Positions 10,981 to 26,014 are shown, numbered from the stretch's first letter. The stretch is 64,000 bases of DNA from Lingula anatina (GCA_051362555.1 CM120645.1:14632001-14696000); one strand, 5' to 3'. The notes: generated by a model not told the origin, from the sequence alone. Numbers and translations are program-made.

Positions 10981-13900
10981 AAACTTTTTTATATAAATGA
11001 AATATTTAGCATCCAAACAAAGAAAGGAATGACTTTGAAGTATAAACAGAAAGATGTCTAATTTATTTTCCTTACTTGCTGAATTTTATTACTGGATTTT
11101 TTTTAGTTCTAAAACATCATAAACTAATAATAGATACTTACCTAAGAAATGTGTACAACTTGTTGTTATCAGATAGCAGTGATCCACTTCTGAAGATAAA
11201 GGTCAGCCAATACGTCAATCAATCGCACGTAGGTCTTGGTGCTACCACCTCTGTAGACATACATTAAGCCTCGGTCACAACCGGACGCACGAATGTCAGG
11301 ATCGTACGTCCCCTGCAATTTTTGGGTGTTGCAGGGGGCGTGGAGGTCGTAGAGATAGAGGAAAGTCTGCCTTGCGAGTTGCAAAGGCCACATGAGATGT
11401 CCTTTCAAGCAGGGACGCTAATTCCAAGGAGCGATGGCCGTGGAAATTTTATTCATATTTTGAGTTTGTCTTGCTTCCTGTGATCGTGGCACACACTCAC
11501 CACTTAAGAAGGGAATGCAACGCTCGGCGAAAGTAGTGCCCTTTGCGTCAGTTTTGCTTCAAAATTGCCTCACACGTTTGTGGTGACGTACTGACGGCAT
11601 GCGTCAGTTTTGCTTTCTGTTCTCCTCTTCTCGTGCTTACAAGCTGTCTGCGAACTCGAAATTGCGTAAGAAGGACTTGCGTGGACGTGAGATTCTGCGT
11701 AAAATTTGGACGCAAACAGCCCGTAAGACTGAGAGCCCGTACGGTCGGTTAAGGCCGAGGCTTTAACTTAGTCATTGTTTGTAAATTGAAACATTGTGTC
11801 ACGGTATCCTTATCCTTAATAAGACGTTATCTTTATCCACTATGGTAATTTGCAAAACAGTTCGACCGGTGCAATCAATCTGACCATATTTTATTTCTAA
11901 AATAATTTTCTCTGGGCTCAAACATTTAGAAAAAAATGTCGAAATCGTCCAAGAGATTTCTAGCTGTTCCGATTGTTTAACCATATCGGCGGCAGGACTC
12001 GGTAAATTTTCAATCCAGTATATAGATGGGGCATGCCTCAGCCCTTTGTCAGTTGTTGCGTTTTAATGGATCTCGTAAATGAGAATAACAATTAAACCCA
12101 CGATCTTATCTGAAAGCGAGACGTACCGTATTGGACATGTTTATATTTATTCCGTGTACCAGTTGAAGCTTTACACGCTAAATTAGTGTTTAAACTTCAA
12201 TAGACGAGTGTGATAATTACAGGGTAGCTAAACGATTGTAAGAGGAATATGGAGACTGGCCTAATCCCCAAACGGTGTTGAACACGAATGTTGATTAAAC
12301 GGAAATGCCTAAATACATGATAATGAATAGATACATCATAATAATCTTTAGTTCATTTTTCACGAAGAATATCTAAATAAGTGAAGGAAAGCGACGATTC
12401 AGCAAGTACCAGTACTTTGCAGACTACGCCATAATTCGCTGTTTAAAACACCGACTTTTTAAATCTAAATTTAGGGATCCTTTCTTGTTAACAACCACAC
12501 TAAACTACAGTATTTTTTCTTATTATTATATAAAAAATCTCAACTCTTTAGTGGTTGATTTGAGGACTGCACTGTCATATTATACGCCTTTACAATCTAG
12601 ATTACTAATTTTTATCTAATTAATTACTGTAAACCATCAACTATGGTGCATGTTCGTTTTATGTTTCAGTCCTAAAAATAAACTATAAAAGATACACATG
12701 GAGCAGCCTTATTAGTCCCATAAGAATGTCGCGCATTGAATGCTAATTTGGAACATAAACCATTTTCTCCTTAACGGTGACTCACTGGGACTTGAATTAC
12801 TGCCAATTGTATTGTCAAGGCCTTAGAAAGGCAGCCAGGTAAATAAAGGCTTAAAATAACCCTTAAATACAAGTCTCATGAAAAAGGAGTGGACTGAATG
12901 TTTTTCGCTTGGCTGGGCGTGTTATCGGCAGGTTTTGTCTAAAAAAGCCCCCTCAGACAATGAGGCGATTCTCCGCATTTGCTTTTTATAAACTAAACTG
13001 CTGTAGCTTATAATACATACAAAAGGGTTTAGAATACGATGCAATTAACTAGAGCAAACGTATGGAGAGTTTTATATGCTTACATGTAGCCTATAAAGAA
13101 TTGGTTTTAACAAAACATTTGGGTCAAACTCATAATCGCTTTACAGTATATTCTAGATTCGGAGTCGTGTGTATATAAACGAAGAGGATGTCTGTTTGAC
13201 TTGTCAGTTGAATATTTAAAAGTTATCCAATGTTTCTTGTCTGAGAGTAGTTTCTTTGATAAAGAACCAAGAAAGAAAGAGAAAAGAAGGGAAGTAGCCG
13301 TGGGAATTAGACTGGGTTCCCTTCCCTAGATCGAGCTAACAGGGTTGATCCATAGCCACGGGGTCAATTGCTTTCAGCCTAAGCATCTTAGACGTTGGGA
13401 CGCCCACTTAAGCTGCTAAACGATAGTTATTTACTCCCTATCAGCCTCAGCAGGCGTGACAGACATCTAAGCCGCCCAAGTTAATTGCAATTAAGCGCGA
13501 ATCCTCTAGTTCGATCCAAAGTTAGTAGGATATTGTCTGGGAATGGTCTCTTATAGTCATTAATGATTAGCATCATCAGTCATTTAGTGGAGACCACCGC
13601 CGTGTATACCACACGTTCGATCATAGTGTAAATGTAACATAACATATTCCTTGTGCTAAGAACTAATTAATATACTTTTTTACTTTTAAATTGCTTTTTT
13701 GAACGTCATGAGTGAATTTCACCCCTTAAAATGATTCCTTACTAGAATATAAGAAATCAAACAAGTGATTCTGAAGCACAACTCTTGTAATAGTTTTGAG
13801 ATGGTTCGTTGCAGCTTTTCTTTTAATTTGTTCCTTATGTTAATGATGTAGATCGTTCTTAACTTCAAACCTTAAACATCATGAAATTACCTTTTACAAT

Positions 13901-14524
13901 AGCTGATTCACTTACTGTCACTCAAGGACTATGATTCGGCTTTCAAACGTAAAGATGACGAAGGCGTAAGGCGGCTTTTGTGAAATCGAAAATCGACTGT
14001 GAGGAAGTAATGTGTAACAGCCTCACGTGATAAATGTAAATAGAGAGAAATACATTTGGATATGAAAAGAACGCGGGACAATAGAAAAATGGCATTTCTG
14101 TTATTCTGATCGATGACAGAGGGGATGCGTGAATAAGCAAGATGTATGCGGTATGATGCGAATCTGTTAGAAATTATAATATATATTTGTCATCGAAATA
14201 CAGGGACAACTTGGGCAAACACAGGCTTTATCATATATATATATATCATAGAACCACAATCACCGCTACTTGTTTTTTTCCCATGGCAACATTTGACAAC
14301 TGTATAAGAACTTAAAAAAAATATCCATAAATCAATATATGAGACCCAAAACCAACAGCATTGCTAATTCATATTACACCAGCTGATCAAATTGAACTAA
14401 TCACCCATATTGCAAACACTTGTTTCATAAACGGAAACTTCCAGGGCGTGCTTACATATGAAAAACTACCTAAAATAAAGACCCTGACCTTTTGCTGACC
14501 TTTTACAGACCTACATGTATATAA

Positions 14525-14715
14525 TCTTTCAACGGTAATTGTTCGACTACTTTAGTTATGACAACAATGTCTAGAAAATACAATCTGCTTATAAGGCAAA
14601 CACAGTACACAGCCCTGAGGATATGGAATGACCTATTGATAGGCATTGACAGTAACTCTGCCATGCTACTTGTTTTACTAAATCTTTCAGCCGTCTTTGA
14701 CATTGTTGATTACTA
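14525..14715 (+). mobile_element. Degenerate CR1/L2-type LINE reverse transcriptase fragment
   Basis: Translates with frameshifts as QSAYK..HST.TALRIWNDLLIGIDSNSAMLLVLLNLSAVFDIVDY, resembling the LLDLSAAFDTVDH RT motif. Confidence 0.75.
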
Positions 14716-16732
14716 GAGATTAGAGATTTTATATAATTCAGAGCTGGAGCTCACATGCCGTGCTGGATAAAAATAATCTACATTAGACCCCGCAATATTT
14801 TGGCTTGTTGGCTTGTAACATGATCGCAATCTTAACGTTCAGCAAGTGGTTGATAAGCAGTCACGTGCCATTTTGAAAATAAAATACCGCCCTTACCACT
14901 ATATACCCCCCCATCCTGAACCTCTCTTCCCCCGTCCTCGGCGCTTGCTAATTATCATACCTTAAGGTCGTACATAGCTAAGAGGTGACCTCACCCAAAC
15001 TCAATAATTGTATGATATTTGTTGATAAACCAGTTAGTTTGGGATTGGAACGTTCAGGCTGTTTGGGAAAATCAATAGCGTTTATTGGATTATCATCGAA
15101 GTAGGTTATAACGTCCCTGAAGAATAAGAGCATTTTGAGAAATCAGCTTTGTGTTCTTCTTCAAATGTGGCAGTGATTGTTATTCATAGAATATTTAAGG
15201 ATATTGTTACCCTTTATTTTCATCCACATACCGAAAATGATATATTCCTGCATCTTATTATTCAATAATGCATCTATCTTTGTGTTGATTTAAAACAGTG
15301 AAAAATCCCCTTGAAATATATAAATAGTATATAAGTTTATATTTCTAGTTGAAATGTATAATCATAGAAAACTCAAAGCTTTAATCGTCAATTAAACAGC
15401 TTTCTGTTTTCAGGTGAGGTGGGGCTTATTAGCTTTATTCCTGAACAATATTTCATCACGAAATTTGGCATAGTGGACCGCAAGCTTATTTATGAGCCAC
15501 ATTCCGTTGCCAACGTTTTGGTTTAAATGCTTTTGTTATGGAGTTATGAGCCCCTAATTACATATTTTCATTAAACAAAGACATTATTTTGCTTTATTAA
15601 CAATAAAATCTGAACTACGAAGACGTCAAAGAAAAATCGCTGGAAGGGTTTTGGAGTACTTAATGGTGTCATTAAATCGTCATTAAAATTGTGATTGTGG
15701 GTACCCAGGTAAAGGAGAATTTTGAGAAACAGAAATCTTTTCATTACTTCTGCTATAAATATTTTGTACTAAATAATCTGCCTTTACACACTTTAAATCT
15801 ATACACTTTTGCAATCATAACCATATTAACAAAATATTATGTTTAATATCACTGTTAATAATATATTACTACTAAATTTCATGAATATTTGTAGCACCCT
15901 CAGTTGCAAATGTGCAACAGAAATTTTGGCGGGTGGGGTTAAAATGTGAAATGACACCCCACCCTAAAAAGGTGTCTGTTACCCTCAGTAACCCACAGCC
16001 GAAATACACAACATTAGTGCTGCCATCTGGCGACGATTCCTGCTACTACTCCTTTCCGAGATGTCAGCCCCATGTCGGTAGAGTGTATTTTCCTCGTTTT
16101 TTTTAATATTCAGTGACAAGCAAACTTGAGTGGCTCAAAACCAATTAACTGCTCTATACAGAAGATCATTATAATTTTTTACAACATTATACTTGTAGGA
16201 GATAAATCAAAGAACAAAACCAGTGATGGGTGAATTTTCAAAGTGAGTAAAACGTTTTTCATTTGTGACAGTAATGTAATGTATGTTCCTTTTTGGATTA
16301 GACGATGAATCATTTTTTTATTATTCATAGTTCCAGGAGAGTGAAACTTTGATACGAACTTCTTCATGTGGGACCGACCCTAAAATAATCAAACATAGTT
16401 TGCAATCTGTGCACTAAATATTATAAAGAACATGCCTGTGACTTCAATGGCACCTCTATATTGGGTTTGGGTGTAAAGTAACATTTTCATTTTCGTGATA
16501 ATGATGCTATGTATTTATACGTCTACAGTATACAACAAATATTGACACATTCTTTTGTTAGGATTTCGAAACACCGAGACACGTATAGATTCCGTCTAGA
16601 GAAGAGCGATGGTAACTCCAACAAGGTAAAAACACATGGATGGAAACCCATCAGAAGGAGCAATAACAGCTCAACAACAATACATCCTTGTAGACCTGCC
16701 CGCCAATAGGCTATCCGGTAACTCCAACAAGG

Positions 16733-16738
<6 letters not shown>

Positions 16739-16801
<63 letters not shown>
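16739..16801. repeat. (TA)n microsatellite
   Basis: About 31 perfect TA units. Confidence 0.97.
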
Positions 16802-16803
<2 letters not shown>

Positions 16804-18091
16804 TTACGTGATAGTGACCAATCATAAAGGAGCATAACAGCTCACAGATAATATACATGTAAGCCATGTCGACCAGAAACCACAATGGCAAATATAGGAT
16901 AACTGTTTACTACAATATAATACAAGCAAATGGATAGTGACCAATTGCAAACGAGCAAAAACAGCTATATATATACATAAAATTAACCGATAATAAGTTA
17001 CATAGCGTCCATAAAAGCCAAACAGCATAAAAAAGTAACAACCCGGACAACGGGTCTGGTGAAAAGAATAAAATTATTATAAGTATGTGAACTACACGTA
17101 TAAAAATACAGTTAAACATCATCGATGATTTATCACATAAATCTTACAGGTAGTTGCAAATCACATCTGCAACTGAATGAAGAAAATAACCACTTACATA
17201 ATATGAGCTACAATCAAGGTCAACAAAGTGTATATAAAACAACACCAGAAGGCAAATAACAGTGTTAACAGGTTTATGTACACGTGAAGTAGCAAGTTTA
17301 TGAATTGAAACAAGTGACACAAAGGATATAATTGCAATTATAAATGAATTTAATTGCTACTTAACAGAAGCACACAGGATGAACAATTCTTCATCAGATC
17401 CACGGCTGCATTTAAGAGTTAGTGAATCGACAAAACATATAATTCAACTTGCTAACATAATGAAAAACAAATGGAAATGTGTGATACTGGCCTGATCTAG
17501 ATGCCATCCCAGCCTTGCTATTGAAAAATCTGCACAAACATTGCTTCAAACGCTTGTGCTGATCAGGGCCCCGTATTTTGAAAGCATTGCGTATTGCGAA
17601 TTGCTCAAATAGAGGCTACAATGTATTATATGGGACGAGTATGGACGAGTTATGGAATCGAGACACTTGCGCACGTGCGCAACATAGCGAAGCTTTTGAG
17701 ATACCGGGCCCAGGAGGCATGATGGAGAACAAAAGGTTGCACAGAAAATTCAAACATCAGTAGCGGGCACGGCAAAACAGGCTTCGTTGAGGAATGTGGT
17801 AAATCCTCCAAAGGAATGAAATTTGATGAGTGATGTCCATATGATCTTGCAGCCACCAAGTAGACAGACGATAAAATTTTAAATTATAAATTAAGTGATC
17901 ATCAAGTGAAGCTGATAAAACAGTTTAAGTGGACTCTAACTTAACCGCAGCTAATAACCAACTGGCTTTTACCACTGCTAGTATTTCAATGTCTTAGTCC
18001 ACTATGATAATTACCAGATGTGCGAGCCTATATAATATAATATTAATATTATATTATGAATGAAGAAAATAACCACTTATGCAATGAAAAC

Positions 18092-18365
18092 GAAAACGAA
18101 GTAGATACTCCAGCGCAGTAGACTACTGTAATCATACTGCAAACATGCTTCAAATCTGCTTCGATTGGGGATCTAATTAGCGTATTTGAAACATGCTTCT
18201 ATCATGCTGCTAATATACTGCATTAATGCTCCTCCTCTGTACAACCCTATGTAATTTTTGAAGTAGAATTGCAGTAGGCTATACTGCATTTCTACTGCAA
18301 ATATGCTCCACACCACTACTGCGTTAATGCTTCTTTGCTACTTCGATACTACTGCATTTTCGTGT
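18092..18365 (-). mobile_element. Inverted, near-full-length copy of the CCCGCACGAAAA MITE
   Basis: Reverse complement closely matches 45572-45845; termini are eroded. Confidence 0.85.
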
Positions 18366-19745
18366 CTATAGACACAGCCCCGGTCACCTGTTACACAATG
18401 GCATGTTATGAACAATGTTCCTGAAAGAGTGCTTGAAATTTCTTGTTTGTGAATTTTGTCCCAGCATCTGTTTGAAGTATTGCTGGTTTTCTATCATCAG
18501 CTGTAATCGTTTTAAACGCCTGTAATACACTGTCAGCATTTTTTTTTATGTTGATAGCAACAACCCAGTAAAATTTTGAAAAAAAATCAATAAATGTTTA
18601 AAAAACATGTCCTTGTAGTTTTTTGATATTGGATTTTGATATTGTGCTGAGATCAGCCCCTGCCATTGTTGATATTTCCGTCCGAAGTCGCGTTTCGTTT
18701 CCTTACGAGTGCAAATAATGTAAATGTATATTGGTTTGCCAAAAACTCTCTGATTTATTACGGGTAATTTTTTATGTTATGATATAAATTCTTAAGGTTC
18801 TTGTCTGTCTGACCCTAAGTTTTATTGTTATGTTTTGTTTGTTTGTCTTATCTTCATCCTTACCGTTTCAATCGTTTTCAAACCAAACGCATTTTCTTCC
18901 ATAAAGCTCTTTAAAAGAGTCTGCATGCCGTTTGACCAGTTGTCAGTGGGATTCTGTCTACTTTACCCTCTACAAGGCCCACATATTTATTTTCACTAGA
19001 TATTCACAGATACGTCTTTGACTAATTCATGGCACATTCTCGTTTGTGAAAAGTGCATATAATTAATATGCGGCTTTGGTAGAGGGTAATACCCCTTAGT
19101 GCACATGGGTGGTAACATTTTAGTCACAAATTTCATGATGACAGTAATGATATTGATCTAAATGTTTCAATCAATTACAATTATAGCAGATATCATTTAT
19201 CAAGATTTTGTACCGAGACATTTCTAGATTCCGATTGGAGAATGCCGGTGGTGGAGATACACAATTGTCTGTGTAGAGCAATGCAGGATAAGCGACTTTC
19301 TTAGATATCAGCGTCTAAGTTGAATTCCAGTAACTGTCACTGCGTGATAACCGTTCGGTTTGCGTTCTTACTAATTACGCAGAGCAAGCTTTTACAGTGT
19401 TTTGATTAATAATATGCCAATAAGCGGATTCTCCCCTTGAGCGACGAATATAATCGAAGTCTGTATCTGTATCGCCACCCATCAAGTAAACCCAACTTAA
19501 CGACTTACTTGAACTATTGAACTGATATACAGGAGAACTCCGACAATTTTCTGTTCTGAACTTAGCATTGTCCGGTTAATAACAAGAAAGATTTGGCATA
19601 AGAATGCTTTGCATTTTAATCCGGTTTATTACCCTGTATAACACATCACTTATATTGTATCGGCCAAAATCTGTATATAAAGAGATCGCTGCAAGGCGCG
19701 ATTTAGTACGATATACCTCCGTGGCTTTCACTGACCAAACTCAGA

Positions 19746-20952
19746 ATGTTGAGTGCGTCTGAATTTGAGATCTACGTCGCGCATTTGGAACAGGCGCTTT
19801 TACCGCCGTCTCGAGAGAGCCTTCTTTCGCTCTCTGTTATCGCTGTTATAATGAACAGCGTATCTTTGGCAGTCTTGGGGCGCTTGACTAGGCCCCTTAC
19901 TACTTTTCAAGTCAATTTGGTGAATTTGGCAGTGTCAGACTTAATGTTCGCCACGTGCATGGCGGCAACAACAAGCGTCAATATCTATATTCAGACGAAG
20001 ATTCCGCATTTCCAAAATCATAGAGTCAGTTGACGGCGCTCCTGTCCTTGACGAAACGACCAACGTCACCGAGAACCCTACCAGTAAGGCACTTGGTGAA
20101 GATGCGACCCCCCTTGATTCCGACGAGAATACCCTAGTTGGTTTGATAAACTTAGCTTGCTTTGAGCGGTTTACCACTTCTCTGATGTGTTATTTCACTC
20201 TGTTGCCTGTGATGGCCACTACTTCTCTCGTCTACCACCAGCTCACCGTCGTATGGTATCCTTTGGATTTGACCATAAAGAACAACAAGAAACCAACGGT
20301 GCTTTTCGTGATCTTGTCCTACCTCATCCCGCTGGTATCCTACTCCTTGGGAATCATCTTCGAGGTTGTTAAGGAACCCAAAGATGGTTGTTTACCAACG
20401 CTGATGTCTCAGCCAGTATATTTAGCCGTCAGTGGAACTGTTAGCATAACAACTGTCATAGCGTTCCTTGGGAACACGGTTATGCTAGCCTTACTCCTCT
20501 ACAAAGCTCGGAAACAGATGACACAAGGCCCATCGAAGATCATGGCTGAAAAGGCATTCAAGACCAGTGTAACTATCGCGATGTTGTGGGCAACCGTCTT
20601 CATCCTCTGGAGCACCGGCGTCGTAGCTTTTACCATGGTTTTCTCTTTCGACCTGATCCGTTCGCCCATCCATGAGAATTTCAACATTGTTCATATCGTT
20701 GCTATGAACTTGTTTATGCTGAACCCGGTTCTGGACCCTATCATATATGGCCTGCGTATTCCATCAGTCAGAGAAGCATACACCCGTATGCTGTGCTGTA
20801 ATAACCCACTAAGAGGTAACAACATCGAAGCGCCCATCGCTATAGCTACATTGGATAAGAGGTCAGTAGAATCTCAAGGCACCCGAAAACCGTGTGATTC
20901 TTTTGAAGTCGAGAATAATCAGTTGTTTTTGCTTAGGAGAAACACTGTATGA
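19746..20952 (+). pseudogene. Intronless rhodopsin-like (class A) orphan GPCR with one frameshift after TM2 (pseudogene or sequence error)
   Basis: Frame A has TM1 (IMNS) and TM2 (NLAVSDL). Frame B is open from 19945 and encodes ECL1, the TM3 Cys, TM4-TM6 and TM7 NPVLDPIIYGLR. TATATAAA lies at 19674-19681. The frameshift falls between ~19960 and ~20030. Confidence 0.8.
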
Positions 20953-21061
20953 GAGTTAGGCGTGTGGTAATTATTATGTACATCTTCACGCTTAGGGGTG
21001 TTGTTTTCAGTTATTGTAATTACAGGCGGAAAGGAAGCAAATTTATTGTTGTGTGCATGCA

Positions 21062-21064
<3 letters not shown>

Positions 21065-21104
<40 letters not shown>

Positions 21105-21109
21105 ATGCA

Positions 21110-21154
<45 letters not shown>
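21065..21154. repeat. Interrupted (GT)n microsatellite
   Basis: Two GT runs separated by GCATGCATGC. Confidence 0.95.
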
Positions 21155-21157
<3 letters not shown>

Positions 21158-22267
21158 GGGGGGGGGGGGTAAATATTCAGAAAAAAAACATAGTGCTGTA
21201 GTTTGACTATATACATGTAAAAGGCTTATTTGAGTATACCTATAACATTTATTCAGTATTTAATGATATACTTTATGAATGAAAACTTTAATGCAGTTTT
21301 TATGGTAACCAAATAACTTTTATCCAGTATTTGAGCCTTACGCCCAGATAAATGTAATATTGTAAGGGATGTTACTGTGTGTAATTATTATTATTATTAT
21401 TATTATAAATTCTGTTACCATATATTCGGTTTAAACAAGTAGACAGGATTCTTTAACCCCTCTCCCTCCTGAGTCCTGCAGGCCTGGCGTGATTAAAAAG
21501 CGGAGGACGAAGCAACGCTTTACTTTATGTGGACTTACGCTCGATTTCAAAAACATGTTCTTTTGAAAACATGAAAAATAGGCAGGCATATTTACTGAAC
21601 TCTTTCAACTAAATTCAACAGGGTCAAAATACAAAACACCTACAAAGTTGTTGGTCTGCAAAACAATCAGGGGCGCCTGAAATCTATGTTTGCAACAATT
21701 GTCTATTTTCTAGAGTTATTACTTATAAATGAATATTTGTTTATGTTTATGATTTCAGCTGGAAGCAAGTCAGTAAATACAACATTTAGTGTAGTCAAGT
21801 TGGTGATATATACTCTGCATTCTTTGTGTGGTGATTGATATATGTAGTGTCCTCAACAGTTCTTTATTCTAACCTTTTCATGTATATTATGGGGTATCGT
21901 AAACATCATAGGCACCGCACATAACAACTGGTAAATATTTATTTGTTTCAGTTGGTTGTTTTAATAGTAACAAACTAACCAAGATAATTTTTTGCACAAT
22001 GATGTTTTATAACATATGACAAATTCTGTTATCTCTCCTAGACTTTTTTCATACATTTCCAATGTTCGTCAATATTTATTACTGCTAGTTTACATATGAT
22101 ATTTAAAGTTATAAGCAACTAAAATATAACCTGTCATGTTGTCTAATTACAGTTCAATAAATTGATTTTCAGTCAAATGAACTGTTGGTTTGTAATCCTA
22201 TGTAATGCTGTTCCCAACAAACCGAACACTTCTGGATCTTCACTGGAAATGCTCGACACTGATAAAC

Positions 22268-22321
<54 letters not shown>

Positions 22322-23891
22322 CTGTATTTTATGCCTCAGTAAAATTATGGATTTGTGGTCAAAAGCTTTATTTTTTTCAAGAGTATTTTATTGCAGAGCA
22401 ATTCCCCCTGTTGTTCTAATTTTCCTGATCATATTTTGAAAACCAAACAACGTGTAAACTTAAAGTTTAAAATTTGCATTGAATGTCCTTATTTACATGC
22501 ATGTTTCAAATGGGAACGCATTTGAGAAGGTAGCCTTCACAAATGGTTTCACCTCTCTCTGTCTCCTACGTTTTTTAAATAACGTGAGTAAAAACAGTTC
22601 ATCCCCTGATTCCTCCCACTCTGTTGCTATGTTTTGATACATGTCAAAATAATCTCAAGGTAGGAAACCACTATCTCTCTGTCAATAATAATAATAAATA
22701 ATTAAAAAAAACTGAATATCTCTCTGCCAGCAACTAATAGTAGACATATTTTCCCGTTTGCAATACTCGAACGGAATTTCTTTTAATTCCCGTAGGTTTT
22801 AGTTTTAGTTCCTTTATATCTGTTGGTGATAACAATTTAAGTCACATTTTTCATTTACGTTGTGATAACGCTATGTGTTTATACGTCTACAGTATACAAC
22901 AAATATTAACACGTACGTTTGTTGGGATTTTGAGACACTGCGAGACACATATAGATTCCGTCTAGAGAAAGGCAGCGGTGAAGATATAAGATCAACGTGA
23001 AGGGCAATGCAGGATTAAGTGACTTTCTTGAACATCAGCGTCTGAGTTGGATTTCAAATTATTGTCACTGCTTGATAACATTTCTGTTAGCGTTCTAATC
23101 ATAGGGGACAGACTTATGCGGTGTTTTAATTAAGGGTAAACCATAAGCGGGTCCTCGCCATGAGTGACGAAATTAATCCAAGTCTGTCATTGTCGTCACC
23201 CAACAAATTACCCAAGCATAACAAAATACTTGAACAATTTGATTCATTTGACTCATATTCTGAGGCATCAAAACACACGGACGTACAACTCCAGGCCTCC
23301 ATTGGTTATGAACAAAAAAATGTCCTCCAATGTTACACTAATCTTAAGATAAAGATAAATTTAGTCGATAAATATATAGAACATAAATATCGGGAATAAA
23401 TTACCCTGTAAATGCGTCGTTGTGTTAAAAGACATTAAAAGCAGTAAGAATAAAGTTCAAATAAGTTTAATACTTTGTATGAAAATGGAATAAAGCTGAA
23501 GGGTAAAATCTGCAAAGCTGCATATAAAACGTTTGCTACCCTTAAAAACTAATAGAAAACATAGAGTTGCTTGTTATAACATTAAAATGGTTGTGCGGAG
23601 GCTGGAAACTGTCCCTCATGAAGATCATTCCAACCCCCAAAGTTTCCGGATTCTGGAAAAAAAACCCTGCTCATTTAAACTGAAAAAGACATAAATTCCA
23701 ACAAATTGTACATGTCGGTCTTGACAACGTGTGATAATAATTAAATTTAACACTAACATTTGAGAAGTAAATAGAGATGAGACAAAAGTGAGACCCGGAA
23801 GATTCATTTGATATCTAACAATCGCTCTCTCTTTTGACGTGATTTCCAAATGCGGATAAATAGTGGTTTCCCCGACCAAGAATTGTGTCAG

Positions 23892-23966
23892 GTGTGACAC
23901 AGATCGTATTACGTCCGGTGTGACACAGATCGTATTACGTCCGGTGTGACACAGATTGTATTGCGT
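23892..23966. repeat. 26-bp minisatellite, ~3 copies
   Basis: GGTGTGACACAGATCGTATTACGTCC repeated. Confidence 0.85.
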
Positions 23967-26014
23967 CAAGTGTCCTACAACATATTTAGGGTTCGAAAAT
24001 GGGCCCAATAGGAACAGTTCTAAAATACAGGGTGATTCTTTAAATATGTTGCTATCATTATTGACATTGACCAATGTGTTTTCTAACAGGCATCAGTTTG
24101 ATACCTTGGTATCAAGATGAGTCAAAGTCACATTTTCATAATTTCAACAGGTTTGGTGGCTGATTATTAAAATTCATGGTTATGACTTATCCAAATGCTA
24201 TGTGATGAAGTGCCCAAAATGAGAAAAGCTCAACTGAACGTTTCTTGTTCGTGCAGCTTTGACCACTTAATTGTCTTTTAGCTTGCTTGACGTGGGATGT
24301 GAGCATTACTGGCCGGGATCAAGCCCAGCAGATTGCCATGATTTCTGTGCCTCAGAAAGAGTATAAAATGATTGAGAGCACTTTTTTTCACAAAAGGACC
24401 AACTATATTTATTGTGAATAATAATTAAAAAAACAAGCATTTAACTGGACTGTTTCAAATATAATATCTTTGAAATAATTACACATTTGAATGTGACTTG
24501 ACTTTTATCTGACGCAATTTAAAACGTGATAAAACAGAGTGGTTAAACATAAACGTAAGCATCACGGAGGGCCTGAAGGGGTAGCCCCGCCCCTTTATTT
24601 CAACCCCGTCAGTCAAAAGCGCTGGAGGCAAGGGGGGGGGGGTGACCTGTCCTGCTAATATTTTCTGAAAAGTTTATTACCCACTTCATGATTAAATTCG
24701 CCTGCCTACGACACATGTATATCTTTAAAACTTTAAAAAGAAGAATAAACACAAATGATTTATTTTCACATATGCATACTCAGCTGTCAGTATTATAATT
24801 CTACTCTCTAATAATTAAAGTACAAATGCCAATACAATTCGATTTTCAACTTCTTGAAAAAGAAATACAGAGAAAAAGAGATAGTAGGAGAACATTTATT
24901 CCATATTTTAATGTCGTTGTTGACACAACAAAACAGATTACAGTTATTTTTTTATAACCAATATATTATTTTATTATTATCCAAAGATTCAGAAAGTTCC
25001 CCTACTGCAATACAATGAGCCACCGTTACACAATCACATAGGAAGATTTGTATAAAACAATAAAATAATGCACAAACATTTCACATAATAATGACCACAT
25101 TCTAAAAAATTCATTGTATTTGAAACTTTATTTTTCATAACATGAAACAAATCGGACCTCTCTTTACGTATGCTTTTCAGTGTCAAGGAAAGACCGAAGT
25201 CCAACTTCAAGTAATTTGAAATGACCACTAAAAAAAAAAAAAAAAAAAAAGCTAATAGCAACATATTAAAAGCCAACAAGGGTGTAACTTTTATTTCACA
25301 AAGCAGGCAAAATACCCACCTCTCATCGTTAATATTTAGACACTCTATGGATAAAGCAATATCTTATAACAACTATATTAAATTGACCACTTGGGTTGGG
25401 ATTATTTGATTTTTGAAACCCAGCAACATTATGGCCCTCATGGGATAAATGCTAAGTTTACAAAATTGCGAAATTTTACAAGAACAACAACTGCTTAATA
25501 GTACAAGGCCATCAAGCGCTTTAAAGAGACATTATAAGCTATAACATTAACAAGAAATGCATACTTAAGTAACACAAACAAGTTTAAAGCCTACATCTTC
25601 CAGCACATGGTATATATATTTTCAACAGATACCATTAATTCAGACATAATTGTAAATTACTTTACACACATTAATTTGTATTCAAGAGATTACAGCCAAA
25701 GTAGCATTGACAAGTGCCCGAAATTGCGAAATTTTACAAGAACAACAGCTGCTTTAAGGAGGCATTGTAAGTACCAGTAATATCATTTACAGATTTTGGT
25801 AACATGACTACGTATAAAACCAACCCCTTCTAGCACATGCTATATATTTTTATCCAGATGACATTAATGTAACATCCCGTTAATTGTATTCAGTAATCGT
25901 ATTCCTCAAAGTTCTCGGTTGTAGTAAGCTGTCAATATGTAAATTGGCCGAAACCCGCCCCTCTCACAACAATTAAGGCATGGATGTTAAACAGTATGGA
26001 TTCCATCTGAGACG

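Noticed and set aside
20025-20137. Possible intron rescuing the GPCR frameshift
   Set aside because: The best GT..AG pair gives 113 nt and joins out of frame, and the skipped region is open in the downstream frame.
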